64,000 bases of DNA from Candidatus Saccharimonadia bacterium (lineage in GTDB: Bacteria > Patescibacteriota > Saccharimonadia > CAILAD01 > CAZGYV01): assembly GCA_041906885.1 (NCBI GenBank), contig JAYRII010000014.1:10059-74058 (forward strand). Direction: 5' to 3'. Numbering within the stretch: the first letter of the stretch is position 1; the number at the start of each line of letters is the position of its first letter. The notes under the pieces are model-generated. The model was not told where the DNA came from. It did no database searches and was given only the letters and a program-made list of their open reading frames with translations. Shown in pieces: positions 31,378-41,223 of this stretch. Made by a program: the position numbers and the translations under genes.

Positions 31378-33759
31378 ATGGAAAAAACCTACAATCCCTC
31401 CAAGTACGAGGGCAAAATATCGAAGCTCTGGGAAGAAGCCAAAGCCTTCGCCCCAGCCGGTGATAAGGGCAAAAAGCCCTTTTCGATCATCATGCCGCCG
31501 CCCAATGCCAACGGCAGCCTGCACGCCGGACATTTGATGTATGTGATTGAAGATATCGCCACCCGCTATCACCGCATGCGCGGTGAACCGACTCTGTGGC
31601 TGCCTGGTACCGATCACGCCGGCATCGAGACACAAGTGGTATACGAGCGCGAGCTCGAGAAAAAGGGCCAAAGCCGTTTCGACCTGGGTCAGGAGAAATT
31701 TTACGATGCTGTGATGGATTTCACCCGCTCTCATCAGCATACCATGATTTCTCAGATGCAATCGATGGGCTTTTCGGCCGATTGGAGCAAACTCAAATTT
31801 ACCCTTGATGATGAGATTATCGAGATTGTTTACGATACTTTTGCTAAGCTGCACGCTGATGGTTACATCTATCGCGGCAATCGGACTGTCAATTGGTGCA
31901 CGCGTTGCTCAGCTGCTTTTGCCGACATTGAGCTTGATCATACTGAGCGCGAAGACGCCATGTACACGCTCGATTATGGCGTGATCCAGATTGCTACCAC
32001 CAGGCCGGAGACGATTTTTGCCGACACCGCCGTGGCTGTCAATCCAAAAGACACTCGCTACAAAAAACTGATCGGCCAAACTGCCACCATTCCTCTGATC
32101 GGTCGTGAGATCCCGATTATCGCCGATGACCACGTCGATCCGGACTCTGGCAGTGGAGCACTCAAGGTAACGCCTGGCCATGACTTTAATGATTATGAGA
32201 TCGGCCAACGCCACAATCTGCCTGAGATTAGCGTGATTGATCTATCTGGCAAGCTCATCAATGTGCCCGAGAAATATGCTGGCCTGAGCGTCAATGAAGC
32301 CCGCCGGCAAGTGACGCGCGACCTGGAAGCTACGGGCGTGCTGGTCAAAACCACTCCCCTGACTCATTCTGTTGCCATTCACGACCGCTGCAAATCCATC
32401 ATCGAGCCGCTCATCTCAGAGCAATGGTTTTTGCGCGTCAAAAAGCTCAATAAGCCGGTCGCGGAAGCCATCAGCTCAGGCAAAATCACCTTTTATCCAC
32501 CTCGATTCCGCAAGATCGCGCTTGACTGGTTGGCCCAAGAGCACGATTGGTGTATCAGCCGTCAGATCTGGTGGGGCATTCGCATCCCGGTCTACTACAA
32601 AACCAGCAACGATCCGGCAAAAGACGCCTACATCATTGCTAAGACCAAAGCTGAGGCTGAGAAATACTACGGTAAAGGTAATTACCGAGCCGAGACCGAC
32701 ACCTTCGACACCTGGTTTTCTAGCTCGCAGTGGCCTTTTGCGACCTTAATGACAACAGGAGATTTTGAGAGATTCTACCCCACCACCCTGATGGCGACAG
32801 CTCGTGACATTCTGCACAAATGGGTTACCCGAATGATCATGTTTGGCCTCTACAAGACAGGCCAAGTACCATTTGAAAATGTCTATCTTTGGGGTATGGT
32901 GACAGATGAGAAAAAGCAAAAACTGTCCAAATCCAAAGGCAACTATGATGACCCGATGAAAATAACAGCCGAATACGGCACTGATGCGTTGCGACTAGCT
33001 CTGTCGATTGGCATTACTCCTGGCAATGATGGCTCGATCTCTGAAGCTAAGATCAAAGGTTATCGCAATTTCGTCAATAAGCTCTGGAATATCGCCCGAT
33101 ATGCCCAAGCTCAATTTGAAACAACCACTGCACAGCCTAAAAATACTGACAAAAAGCTAGATTTTTCCACTAATTCTAACCCTGTCCCCCACTCCTCGGC
33201 AGACCACTGGATCCTGTCGCGCCTCGCAGACACAACCCAACACATTACTAAAAATCTTGATTCGCTTCGTTTCTCAGATGCAGGCGACAAGCTCTACCAC
33301 TTCATCTGGGATGATCTGGCCGATCGTTATATCGAAGCTTCTAAAACCCGTCCCAACTCCCCTCTTCTTGCCTACGTCCTAAGCACCTGCCTAAAACTGG
33401 CTCATCCCTTTGCTCCATTTGTGACTGAAGCAATTTGGCAGGAAATATCAAATTCTAAAAGCTTCCTTATATCCGAACAATGGCCGAACTTTATCGTACC
33501 ATTTGATAAGCCCTCCTGTAAAGCTTTTGAAATCGAGATAAAGGAGATTTTAGCGGCTAAGAGCCAAGCGGTTTCCGAGCACAAAAAAAATTCACTAATG
33601 CGTGATATCGAAGCCAAAAAGCGTCACATTGAGATTATCAATAAAAAGCTTGCCAACCAGGACTTTGTGAAAAATGCACCTAATATTGTTGTCGAAGCTG
33701 AAAAGGCTCGACTCGAAGAAGCCCGCGATAGCCTGTCCAGGCTAGAGCGCGAGCTTTAG
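31378..33759 (+). CDS. valS: Valine--tRNA ligase
   Basis: PPPNANGSLHAGH, GTDHAGIETQ, TTRPET, DWCISRQIWWG, DTWFSS, KLSKS, C-terminal coiled coil. Confidence 0.98.
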   Translation: MEKTYNPSKYEGKISKLWEEAKAFAPAGDKGKKPFSIIMPPPNANGSLHAGHLMYVIEDIATRYHRMRGEPTLWLPGTDHAGIETQVVYERELEKKGQSRFDLGQEKFYDAVMDFTRSHQHTMISQMQSMGFSADWSKLKFTLDDEIIEIVYDTFAKLHADGYIYRGNRTVNWCTRCSAAFADIELDHTEREDAMYTLDYGVIQIATTRPETIFADTAVAVNPKDTRYKKLIGQTATIPLIGREIPIIADDHVDPDSGSGALKVTPGHDFNDYEIGQRHNLPEISVIDLSGKLINVPEKYAGLSVNEARRQVTRDLEATGVLVKTTPLTHSVAIHDRCKSIIEPLISEQWFLRVKKLNKPVAEAISSGKITFYPPRFRKIALDWLAQEHDWCISRQIWWGIRIPVYYKTSNDPAKDAYIIAKTKAEAEKYYGKGNYRAETDTFDTWFSSSQWPFATLMTTGDFERFYPTTLMATARDILHKWVTRMIMFGLYKTGQVPFENVYLWGMVTDEKKQKLSKSKGNYDDPMKITAEYGTDALRLALSIGITPGNDGSISEAKIKGYRNFVNKLWNIARYAQAQFETTTAQPKNTDKKLDFSTNSNPVPHSSADHWILSRLADTTQHITKNLDSLRFSDAGDKLYHFIWDDLADRYIEASKTRPNSPLLAYVLSTCLKLAHPFAPFVTEAIWQEISNSKSFLISEQWPNFIVPFDKPSCKAFEIEIKEILAAKSQAVSEHKKNSLMRDIEAKKRHIEIINKKLANQDFVKNAPNIVVEAEKARLEEARDSLSRLEREL

Positions 33760-33844
33760 AAGAGTGAGCAGCTAGATTATCATTGCGCTCTTGGAAGCAT
33801 TGAGCTAGCGACGGTGCTAAAATAGTAAGTAGAAGCTAATATTT

Positions 33845-34801
33845 ATGAAAAAAGGATCATCAAGAAGTTTTTTTGTATTAAGCGGGCTAGTTTTTTGCCT
33901 AGCAGCTCTTCTGATTGGAATATTCGGACCCAATCTAGTCTCAGCTCAGCAAAAGATTACTGATAATTTGATTGATAAGGCTCAAAAAGCCAAGCAATCG
34001 GGCGATGCTAAACTATTCGAGCTTTACCTATATGAAGCTGAAACGGCCAACCCATTCGACACAAAAGCCCGAACGCTACACGCCCAATACTATGTCGACG
34101 GAGGCGACTTTGGCCACGCCATTGCCATTTATCAGAGCGGGGGAGTCAGCCCTAATTACGCCTTTCTTGGCAATTTGGCCTTAAAAGCTCAAGATTACAA
34201 CCTAGCCACGCGTTTTTTTGATAATGCAAGCCGAGAAGGCTTAGTGGCCGAGGGCTTAGCTGGCAAAGCGATCAGCTATTTTAATCTTAGAAATGTCGAG
34301 CAAGGCTGCAATTTGGCCGACGATGCGTTTAAGCTTGATGTTAACAATAAAAGAGCTAATAGTGCCAAATCCGTCTGCACTGTGATGGCAAATGGGGGAG
34401 TGGGGGAAAGCACGCTCCCTCCCGGCTTAACCGACCCAAAACTAAGCTCCAAGCGGGAGAGAGCATATTTCCTAGCAGAAAGTGGTGTACCGGTGGTGGC
34501 TGAGTCCGAGCTCGAAAGTAGCTTAGAAAATACACCAGGCGATTGGCTTTTTCTTGCTAATTTTGCGGCCAGCCGAAAAGAGTACGACAAAGCATTAAGA
34601 CGTATTGAACAAGGCCTCAAAAAAGATCCGACTAATTGGGAGATTCTACAAGCTGCCGTAATATTTAACGAAAATTTAGCTTCCAAAAGCACTGGAAAAC
34701 AGCGTCAAAATTACATCGATTCGTCAATCCATTATAAGACAATTTTAGAGCAAATTCCGCGATATCGTGCACGTGGAAATAGCCTCAAAATTGGTCCGTG
34801 A
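33845..34801 (+). CDS. Exported/membrane-anchored TPR-like protein
   Basis: N-terminal hydrophobic helix followed by TPR-like repeats. Confidence 0.75.
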   Translation: MKKGSSRSFFVLSGLVFCLAALLIGIFGPNLVSAQQKITDNLIDKAQKAKQSGDAKLFELYLYEAETANPFDTKARTLHAQYYVDGGDFGHAIAIYQSGGVSPNYAFLGNLALKAQDYNLATRFFDNASREGLVAEGLAGKAISYFNLRNVEQGCNLADDAFKLDVNNKRANSAKSVCTVMANGGVGESTLPPGLTDPKLSSKRERAYFLAESGVPVVAESELESSLENTPGDWLFLANFAASRKEYDKALRRIEQGLKKDPTNWEILQAAVIFNENLASKSTGKQRQNYIDSSIHYKTILEQIPRYRARGNSLKIGP

Positions 34802-34910
34802 AATCGCAATTCGTGCCTAGAGCAAAAAGCACCGTTTTTTAGCCTTCTTTTATAAATTTTTGACACTTTTTTATAGCAAATAATTCGACCTTTTTTGCCA
34901 GATATCATGC

Positions 34911-34939
34911 TTGTCGGATTTAAGCTCAAACTGTATAAT
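34911..34939 (+). promoter_or_regulatory. Sigma70-type promoter for the Ser(GCT)-Ser(TGA) region
   Basis: TTGTCG-N17-TATAAT. Confidence 0.65.
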
Positions 34940-34957
34940 AACGACGTTCTTTGAGGA

Positions 34958-35275
34958 CCAAAACTAGCTAGCGTGCGAAATTAAAAAACAAATTAAAAAT
35001 AATTTGTTTTTGCCAAATCATAGTGTTGGCGATGGCAAACTTTGATTTGAAGAGGAGAGTGTAGTAATTTTGCAAACTGAAGTTAATCTGCTTGCGAATA
35101 CATTTGCACAATGATTTATGAGCAAGAGATTACTGTTTGCTGGTTTGCTAGAATTGAATCACCAAATCAAAGTGTTAGCGATAGCGAGCTTTGATATGAA
35201 GAGGAGAAGCGAGACGAAAGTCGCAGTATGCCATCAAAGATGACATACGTAGACTATAGTGCTCGTCTTAGACGA
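34958..35275 (+). repeat. Tandem tRNA 5'-leader units
   Basis: Two copies of CCAAATCA.AGTGTT.GCGAT.GC.A.CTTTGAT.TGAAGAGGAGA (at ~35013 and ~35163) plus a partial unit at 34958. Confidence 0.8.
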
Positions 35276-35369
35276 GGAGAGGTACCCAAGAGGCTATAAG
35301 GGGCCGGTTTGCTAAACCGGTAGGTCGGCGAAAGTTGGCGCGAGGGTTCGAATCCCTCCCTCTCCGCCA
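35276..35369 (+). tRNA. tRNA-Ser(GCT)
   Basis: CCGGT-TTGCTAA-ACCGG anticodon arm, long variable arm, GGTTCGAATCC, CCA. Confidence 0.97.
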
Positions 35370-35903
35370 GGATAAGCTTTCGACATTTGTCGAAGGTTTA
35401 TCCTGCTGATATAGTAGGATTTGAACCCGAGCCTGCGAAGCAGGTGGGTTCGGCGGAATGAGATGACTCTCAGAAGCTAGCTTCGAGAATCATCGAATGG
35501 AGAAGGCGTTAGCCGCTATCCCTCCCTCTCCGCCAGGATGAGCTTTCGACTTTTGTCGAGAGTTCATCCTGCTGGTAGCAGGATTTGAACCCGTACCTGT
35601 GAAGCAGGTGGGTCCGGCGGAATGAGATGACTCTCAGAAGCTAGCTTCGAGAATCATCGAATGGAGAAGGCGTTAGTCGCTATCCCTCCCTCTCCGCCAG
35701 ATATGTGGTCGTCACGATAGTGGCGGACACACTATTTGAGCAGGTAGCGATGAAAACCGATGGTTCGACAATTGAGTTTTGTGGTTAATAGAATTGTCAT
35801 CCTGAGTGATAAAGAAGGATCTTCGGTTATCAGCTTGCTAGAGATTCTTCGCTGGCGCTCAGAATGACAAAATTCACCAATACTATCTCTCCTCCTTAAG
35901 CCA
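35370..35903 (+). repeat. Three tandem tRNA-3'-linked trailer units (35370-35535, 35536-35699, degenerate 35700-35903)
   Basis: Units 1 and 2 are near-identical 166/164 nt repeats, each ending ATCCCTCCCTCTCCGCCA, the 3' end of tRNA-Ser(GCT). Confidence 0.95.
35794..35870. repeat. GTCATCCTGAG-type REP-like palindrome nested in a trailer unit
   Basis: TTGTCATCCTGAG..GAAGGATCT...AGATTCTTC..CTCAGAATGACAA. Confidence 0.9.
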
Positions 35904-35927
35904 GGGCGGGCACATAAGAACTAAGGT

Positions 35928-36173
35928 CAAATCTAGCTCACAGTGCGAAATTATTTATCTATGTTGAAAACAAAAATAATTCCGTGAATCGAGATTGATT
36001 TGAGAGGAAAGTTTAGCAATTTTACAAACCGAAGTTAATCTACTTGCGAATACATTTACGCGAAGATTTATGAGCATGAGATTACTGTTTGCGAAATTGA
36101 GAGGATTATCCGTGCATCGGTTGAAGTTGAAAAGCAAAGCTTTTTAACGAAAACTAAAGCACGAATAGGACGC
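35928..36173 (+). repeat. tRNA 5'-leader unit of Ser(TGA)
   Basis: CAAATCTAGCTC.CA.TGCGAAATTATTT shared with the Arg and Ser(CGA) leaders; 35997-36092 closely matches 35044-35140. Confidence 0.85.
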
Positions 36174-36639
<466 letters not shown>

Positions 36640-37081
36640 TGAAAAGAGCACTGATTGCATCGATGCAAACTAAACTACACCCACAACAAGCACCAATTAC
36701 AAATAATAATTAAAGCCACAAACCAAAAAAACATACTTCTGATATAAAAAATACGCAGCTAAAAAATACTGGCTAGCAGAGACATCTCTATAAAGCAATG
36801 CAAGATAATTATTCATCTAATTAAAGCCGGGGGCGCCATGATAGGGGAGGTTGAAGCTGAGGTTAATGCATATGCATTTGACGACAGAGTAAAGAAACAA
36901 GACGAATTATGTCTAGATTTTGCAAATTTTATACAAACCAAATCGAACATAAAGAATGTTAAGGCTTGGTTGATATTATCTGAGCTGGGACATAGCTGGG
37001 AAGATTAGCGGCTATCCCACCCTTTTGCGCAGATAATATTACTTTTTGCCCTAGCTCCCTTATGCCCGCTACAATAGCATT

Positions 37082-38974
37082 ATGCTTGGAATTATTTTTT
37101 GTGGCCTCAGCATAGTTACCGGCTACTCGATCCTTAGGCTAGTCGAGCTCCCTTTGACCAAGAGTGAACGAGTAGCAGTCAGTATCGCAATTGGTTTTGC
37201 GGCCGCCAGTTGGCTAGGGTTAATTTTAGCCATCGCCCTAGGCGCTCAGAACGGCCTGCTGGCCACCACAATAGTGCTTATGGTCACGAATACAACTATA
37301 CTGTACAAAACACGCCCTAGTGCTTCTAGGGAGCTCAGAGAGCCATCACCTGGTTCACCAGCTTTGCGGCTAGCTAGCTGGCTGCTAATCGGCCTCATCG
37401 CTGTCGTTCTGGTCAACTTTTGTCTCAGCCATTTCCTGCCCAGCTCAAATGGCAATCTGATGAGTGCCGGCTACACCTGGGCCGACTTAGCGCTTCACAC
37501 TACCCTGATCGCGTCCTTCGCCAAAAAACCGATAGTCGACCTGACCTTACCAATCTTTGCCGGCTCCAAACTAACTTACCCGTTTTTGGTGGATTTTTTC
37601 AGCAGCCAAATGCTCCGACTCGGTGCCGGCTGGCAATGGTCGCTCTTGCTGCCCAGCCTGGCCCTGATGTACGCCTTCGTGCGCCTCTTTATTGGCTTTA
37701 TTTATCGCCTAACCCGCAGCCTGCGAGCTGCTTGGATCAGCTTGGGGCTTGTTCTTCTTAGCGGTAGCGCTTGGGGAGCGGTATTATTTATCAAAGATCT
37801 AGCAGCTAGCGGCTTATCCGCGCACCAATTGCTGCTCCAGGACTATTCCAAACTCGATCAAAACAACTTGCAATACGCCAACTTCATCACCTCGCATCTT
37901 TTGCCACAAAGGGCTTATTTATTTGGTATCGTGGTTGCGCTAGTGATATTTATGTTACTCTGGGATCTCGCCAGCAAGCGTAGTGGGCAGGCCAAAAGTC
38001 GATCAAAAGTCATTCTGTGTGGCTTGCTTTTAGGCGCCTTGCCACTGATTCATACTCATTCATTTCTGGTCGTCACCGGTTTTACTGGAATCCTCTGGAT
38101 TGTCAGCAGTTTGCGTGGCAAAACAGCTAGTCAGGAGTTATTCTATGTCCTGCTGATCGGAGGCGTCCTGGCCGCACCACAGCTGGTTTGGCAATTTAGT
38201 AGCAGCTATCACGATGGCTTTGGCTACTGGCGGCTAGGCTGGCTAACACCGTCTAATATGAGCGTGTTGGTCTTTTGGCTGCGTCAACTAGGTGTAATGG
38301 CGCTGTTGTTTGTAATTGGCCCCTACCTACTTTACCGGCAAAAGGCTCACTATTTTATATCGGTGCTGTACTGGTTTGGGGTGATATTGTTTGTGATCGG
38401 CAATGTCTACATATTTCAGCCCAGCGCCTGGGATAATATGAAGTTTTTTACCTACGCCTACTGGATGATGCTCGTGCCGATTGCCGTCGCGCTGGCCTCA
38501 GTCTCGCGATCATGGTGGGGCAAGGTTATTTTACTCATCGTCCTGGTACTGACCTGCGGCACCGGCCTAATTGCATTGGTGCGGGAGGGTGAGGCGAACT
38601 ACACCTTCGCCACCAAGGGCGATCTTGCGGTGGCCGACACCGTCGAACGAACAGTTCCGCCCTCGTCCCTCGTCCTGGTCAATCCCACCCTACACCACAA
38701 TCCAATTACCAATTTATCCGGGCGCAACACCTTAGTCGGCTACAGTGGCTGGCTGTGGTCTTATGGTATCAATTACCTAGAAAGAGACCGAGATGCACGC
38801 CGGATGCTGTTGGGCGAAACCAATGCGGCGGAGCTGTTAAAAACTTACGAGATTGATTACGTCGCTTTTAGTGATGATGATATCGCTAGCGACTCAGCCA
38901 ATAGCTTCTACTACGACTCTAGATTTAAACAGGTCGTCAATCAAAATGGCTGGCATGTTTACATGATTAGGTGA
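37082..38974 (+). CDS. Polytopic membrane protein, GT-C fold glycosyltransferase-like
   Basis: More than 12 TMs; WADLALH, YPFLVDF, LLPQRA, WDNMKF, GYSGWLWSYG. Confidence 0.7.
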   Translation: MLGIIFCGLSIVTGYSILRLVELPLTKSERVAVSIAIGFAAASWLGLILAIALGAQNGLLATTIVLMVTNTTILYKTRPSASRELREPSPGSPALRLASWLLIGLIAVVLVNFCLSHFLPSSNGNLMSAGYTWADLALHTTLIASFAKKPIVDLTLPIFAGSKLTYPFLVDFFSSQMLRLGAGWQWSLLLPSLALMYAFVRLFIGFIYRLTRSLRAAWISLGLVLLSGSAWGAVLFIKDLAASGLSAHQLLLQDYSKLDQNNLQYANFITSHLLPQRAYLFGIVVALVIFMLLWDLASKRSGQAKSRSKVILCGLLLGALPLIHTHSFLVVTGFTGILWIVSSLRGKTASQELFYVLLIGGVLAAPQLVWQFSSSYHDGFGYWRLGWLTPSNMSVLVFWLRQLGVMALLFVIGPYLLYRQKAHYFISVLYWFGVILFVIGNVYIFQPSAWDNMKFFTYAYWMMLVPIAVALASVSRSWWGKVILLIVLVLTCGTGLIALVREGEANYTFATKGDLAVADTVERTVPPSSLVLVNPTLHHNPITNLSGRNTLVGYSGWLWSYGINYLERDRDARRMLLGETNAAELLKTYEIDYVAFSDDDIASDSANSFYYDSRFKQVVNQNGWHVYMIR

Positions 38975-39054
38975 GCCGGTAGCCGCATTAACGGATTTCG
39001 TTTGCCTGGACTTAGAATTTGTATGATAATAAGAGCGAAGGAAGCTTAAGAAAG

Positions 39055-39813
39055 ATGAATGATAATCAAATCCAGCCCGGCCAATCTTTCACGCCGGGAC
39101 AACAAAGCCAATCCGAGACGGCACCACTTCAACAGCCCATAGCTAATCCAGCACCAGTGCCTACACAGCCCAGTCAGATCCCGATCCAAGGCCCGCCGTT
39201 AAGTACCCACCAAATTAATCAGCCCACGACCCCTCCAATCGTCTCGACCCAGCCTGGCCATATTGTCCAGGCCGCCGAGCACACCACCCTGGTGCATGAA
39301 AAAGAAGAGGGCATAAAAAAGGGCGATAAAGAAGCTGCCGAGGTACTTGAGCCAGAAGAGACTCTGGTGAGCTGGAATGCGCCCGAATTTACCTATATCA
39401 GCAAACCGGCCGGATGGTATGGAATACTAGCCTTAGTCTGCATTATGCTGACTGGCGGATTTTTATTTTTCAAGCAGTGGATGGCAGCTGTTTTAGTGCT
39501 TGTCATGGGGGCATCGCTCGGGGTGGTCGCTGGCAGAAGGCCACGTGTGCTCAACTACTCAATTACTAATTATGGTATCTACATCGGACAGAAAGCCTAC
39601 CCGTTTGATAGCTTTAAAGCCCACTACGAAGGTAATGACTACGGTCAGAAAGTATTAGAGCTGGTTCCAACTAAACGCTTTGCGCCAATGATCTCGATGC
39701 CGGTCATACCAGCCAATCATGATGATGTCTTTGCCATGATAGAAGAAGTCATCCCCAAAACAGAGCCTACTAACAGTCTTGTAGACAAAATTTTTACCTA
39801 TTTAAGATTTTAG
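39055..39813 (+). CDS. Conserved 2-TM protein with Pro/Gln-rich N-terminus (DUF5673-like)
   Basis: SWNAPEF..K...WY, two TMs, YSITNYGIYIG, C-terminal YLRF. Confidence 0.75.
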   Translation: MNDNQIQPGQSFTPGQQSQSETAPLQQPIANPAPVPTQPSQIPIQGPPLSTHQINQPTTPPIVSTQPGHIVQAAEHTTLVHEKEEGIKKGDKEAAEVLEPEETLVSWNAPEFTYISKPAGWYGILALVCIMLTGGFLFFKQWMAAVLVLVMGASLGVVAGRRPRVLNYSITNYGIYIGQKAYPFDSFKAHYEGNDYGQKVLELVPTKRFAPMISMPVIPANHDDVFAMIEEVIPKTEPTNSLVDKIFTYLRF

Positions 39814-39830
39814 GGCACGCCGGATGGCCT

Positions 39831-39859
39831 TTGACCTGAAGCCAAGAAGTTAGTATAAT
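39831..39859 (+). promoter_or_regulatory. Sigma70 promoter for the Arg-Ser(CGA) region
   Basis: TTGACC-N17-TATAAT. Confidence 0.8.
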
Positions 39860-39907
39860 ATGCTTTGCTCTTTAAAAGGTGGCCTTAGAGCAACCTGAAT
39901 TTTAGCA

Positions 39908-40058
39908 CCAAATACAACCCGCAGTGCGAAATTATTTGACCTCAGAATGAATAAATAATAATTTCGTGAATCGAGTTGTATTTGAAGAGGAGAAGTTTAG
40001 CGAAATCTTAAGTTCAATACAGCAGTAATTGAACGTAAGTTATAGCTATTTTCGACGA
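39908..40058 (+). repeat. tRNA 5'-leader unit of Arg
   Basis: CCAAATACAAC..CAGTGCGAAATTATTT..TCGTGAATCGAGTTGTATTTGAAGAGGAGAAGTTTAGC..GACGA. Confidence 0.85.
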
Positions 40059-40135
40059 GTGCCCGTAGCTCAGCTGGATAGAGCGTCAGCTTGCGGTGCT
40101 GGAAGTCGGGGGTTCGAATCCCTCCGGGCACGCCA
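40059..40135 (+). tRNA. tRNA-Arg(GCG)
   Basis: GTGCCCG acceptor, TAGCTCAGCTGGATAGAGC D-arm, TCAGC-TTGCGGT-GCTGG anticodon arm, CCA. Confidence 0.93.
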
Positions 40136-40304
40136 TTTTATCTGATCTACCTGTAGGTAATGCAGATAAAAGTTGATTCCTCGAGGGATGAGAACCCGAA
40201 GGGTTCGGTGGAACAAAGCGCGCAGAGCAAGAATGAAGTTTGCTTCAGTTCTTGTCGAGCACTTCGTGAAGGTCGCGCTAGCGACAATCCCTCCGGGCAC
40301 GCCA
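40136..40304 (+). repeat. tRNA-3'-linked trailer unit (after Arg)
   Basis: 169 nt; same core as the Ser trailers but ends in an exact 19 nt copy of the Arg 3' end, AATCCCTCCGGGCACGCCA. Confidence 0.95.
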
Positions 40305-40330
40305 TTGAACTAATCTTTAGTTATAAATAA

Positions 40331-40479
40331 CAAATCTAGCTCGCAATGCGAATTATTTATCAATTTCCATTGGTAAAAAATAATTTTGTGAATTGAGCTA
40401 GACTTGAAAAGAAGGCTTTGTGAGTAAGCCGAAGTAAAAACTACTTGGTTTTTACGTAAGCTGGAGCATAAAACGACAC
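40331..40479 (+). repeat. tRNA 5'-leader unit of Ser(CGA)
   Basis: CAAATCTAGCTCGCAATGCGAATTATTT..GTGAATTGAGCTAGACTTGAAAAGAAGGCTTT..TAAAACGACAC. Confidence 0.85.
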
Positions 40480-40569
<90 letters not shown>

Positions 40570-40667
40570 ATTTTCACTTTTTGTGAAATCGTAAGGAATT
40601 GCCCCGCCGAGTCCAAATTAGTTTTCAGGATTTTCGTCAAAAAATGTTCGAACTTCGTCCAAAAAAC

Positions 40668-40848
40668 CACATAATGAGTCAGTGCAAATGCACTGACTCA
40701 TTATGTGATGTGGTGGATTTGAACCCGTATCCGCCGGTAGGCGGATGGATTCGGTGAAGCGAGTAATAGCGAACGGAGAAGTCGGAGCCGCTATCCCTCC
40801 CTCTCCGCCGGATGGAAGCGACTCACGAAAGTGGGTCGTTTGTGTCTG
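40668..40848 (+). repeat. Trailer unit after Ser(CGA) plus the first hairpin of a further unit
   Basis: 18 bp perfect hairpin, GGATTTGAACCC core, end ATCCCTCCCTCTCCGCC; then GATGGAAGCGACTCACGA.AGTGGGTC as at 36480. Confidence 0.88.
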
Positions 40849-40893
40849 TAAATATAGCTGTACTATGGTATGCCTTTTATATATAATCAGATC

Positions 40894-41223
40894 ATGAAGA
40901 TCCATAAGCTTGTTTGGTATATATTAGTGACCCTTGTCGGCACTGTGATTATCTTTTTAGTTCTTCCAGGTAGCAAAATGGTGGAGCAACAAATTGGTAC
41001 GTGTGAAGCCAATGAGCTTTGCGTGGGAGACATCTATTGGGACTATGAGCAAATATGGCTTGGGTCATACCACCAGATAGCTAGCGGGGACTGGGTCAGC
41101 TTTGAAAATGAGTTTTGGCCTAAACTATATAAATCTCTATTTCTTTCAACCTTGATGGCTGGCTCATTTGGACTCGGGCAATTGATCGTACAAAAAGCCT
41201 CTAATTCCAAAGCCCAAAAATGA
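40894..41223 (+). CDS. Small membrane protein
   Basis: Two TMs; TATAAT six nt before ATG 40894. Confidence 0.6.
   Translation: MKIHKLVWYILVTLVGTVIIFLVLPGSKMVEQQIGTCEANELCVGDIYWDYEQIWLGSYHQIASGDWVSFENEFWPKLYKSLFLSTLMAGSFGLGQLIVQKASNSKAQK

Noticed and set aside
31339-32749. Alternative-frame and antisense ORFs within valS
   Set aside because: Fully overlap a confident gene and lack recognisable motifs.
35370-35903. CRISPR array (recurring 18 nt ATCCCTCCCTCTCCGCCA)
   Set aside because: The intervening ~147 nt segments are near-identical rather than unique spacers, the repeat is a tRNA 3' end, and no cas genes are present.
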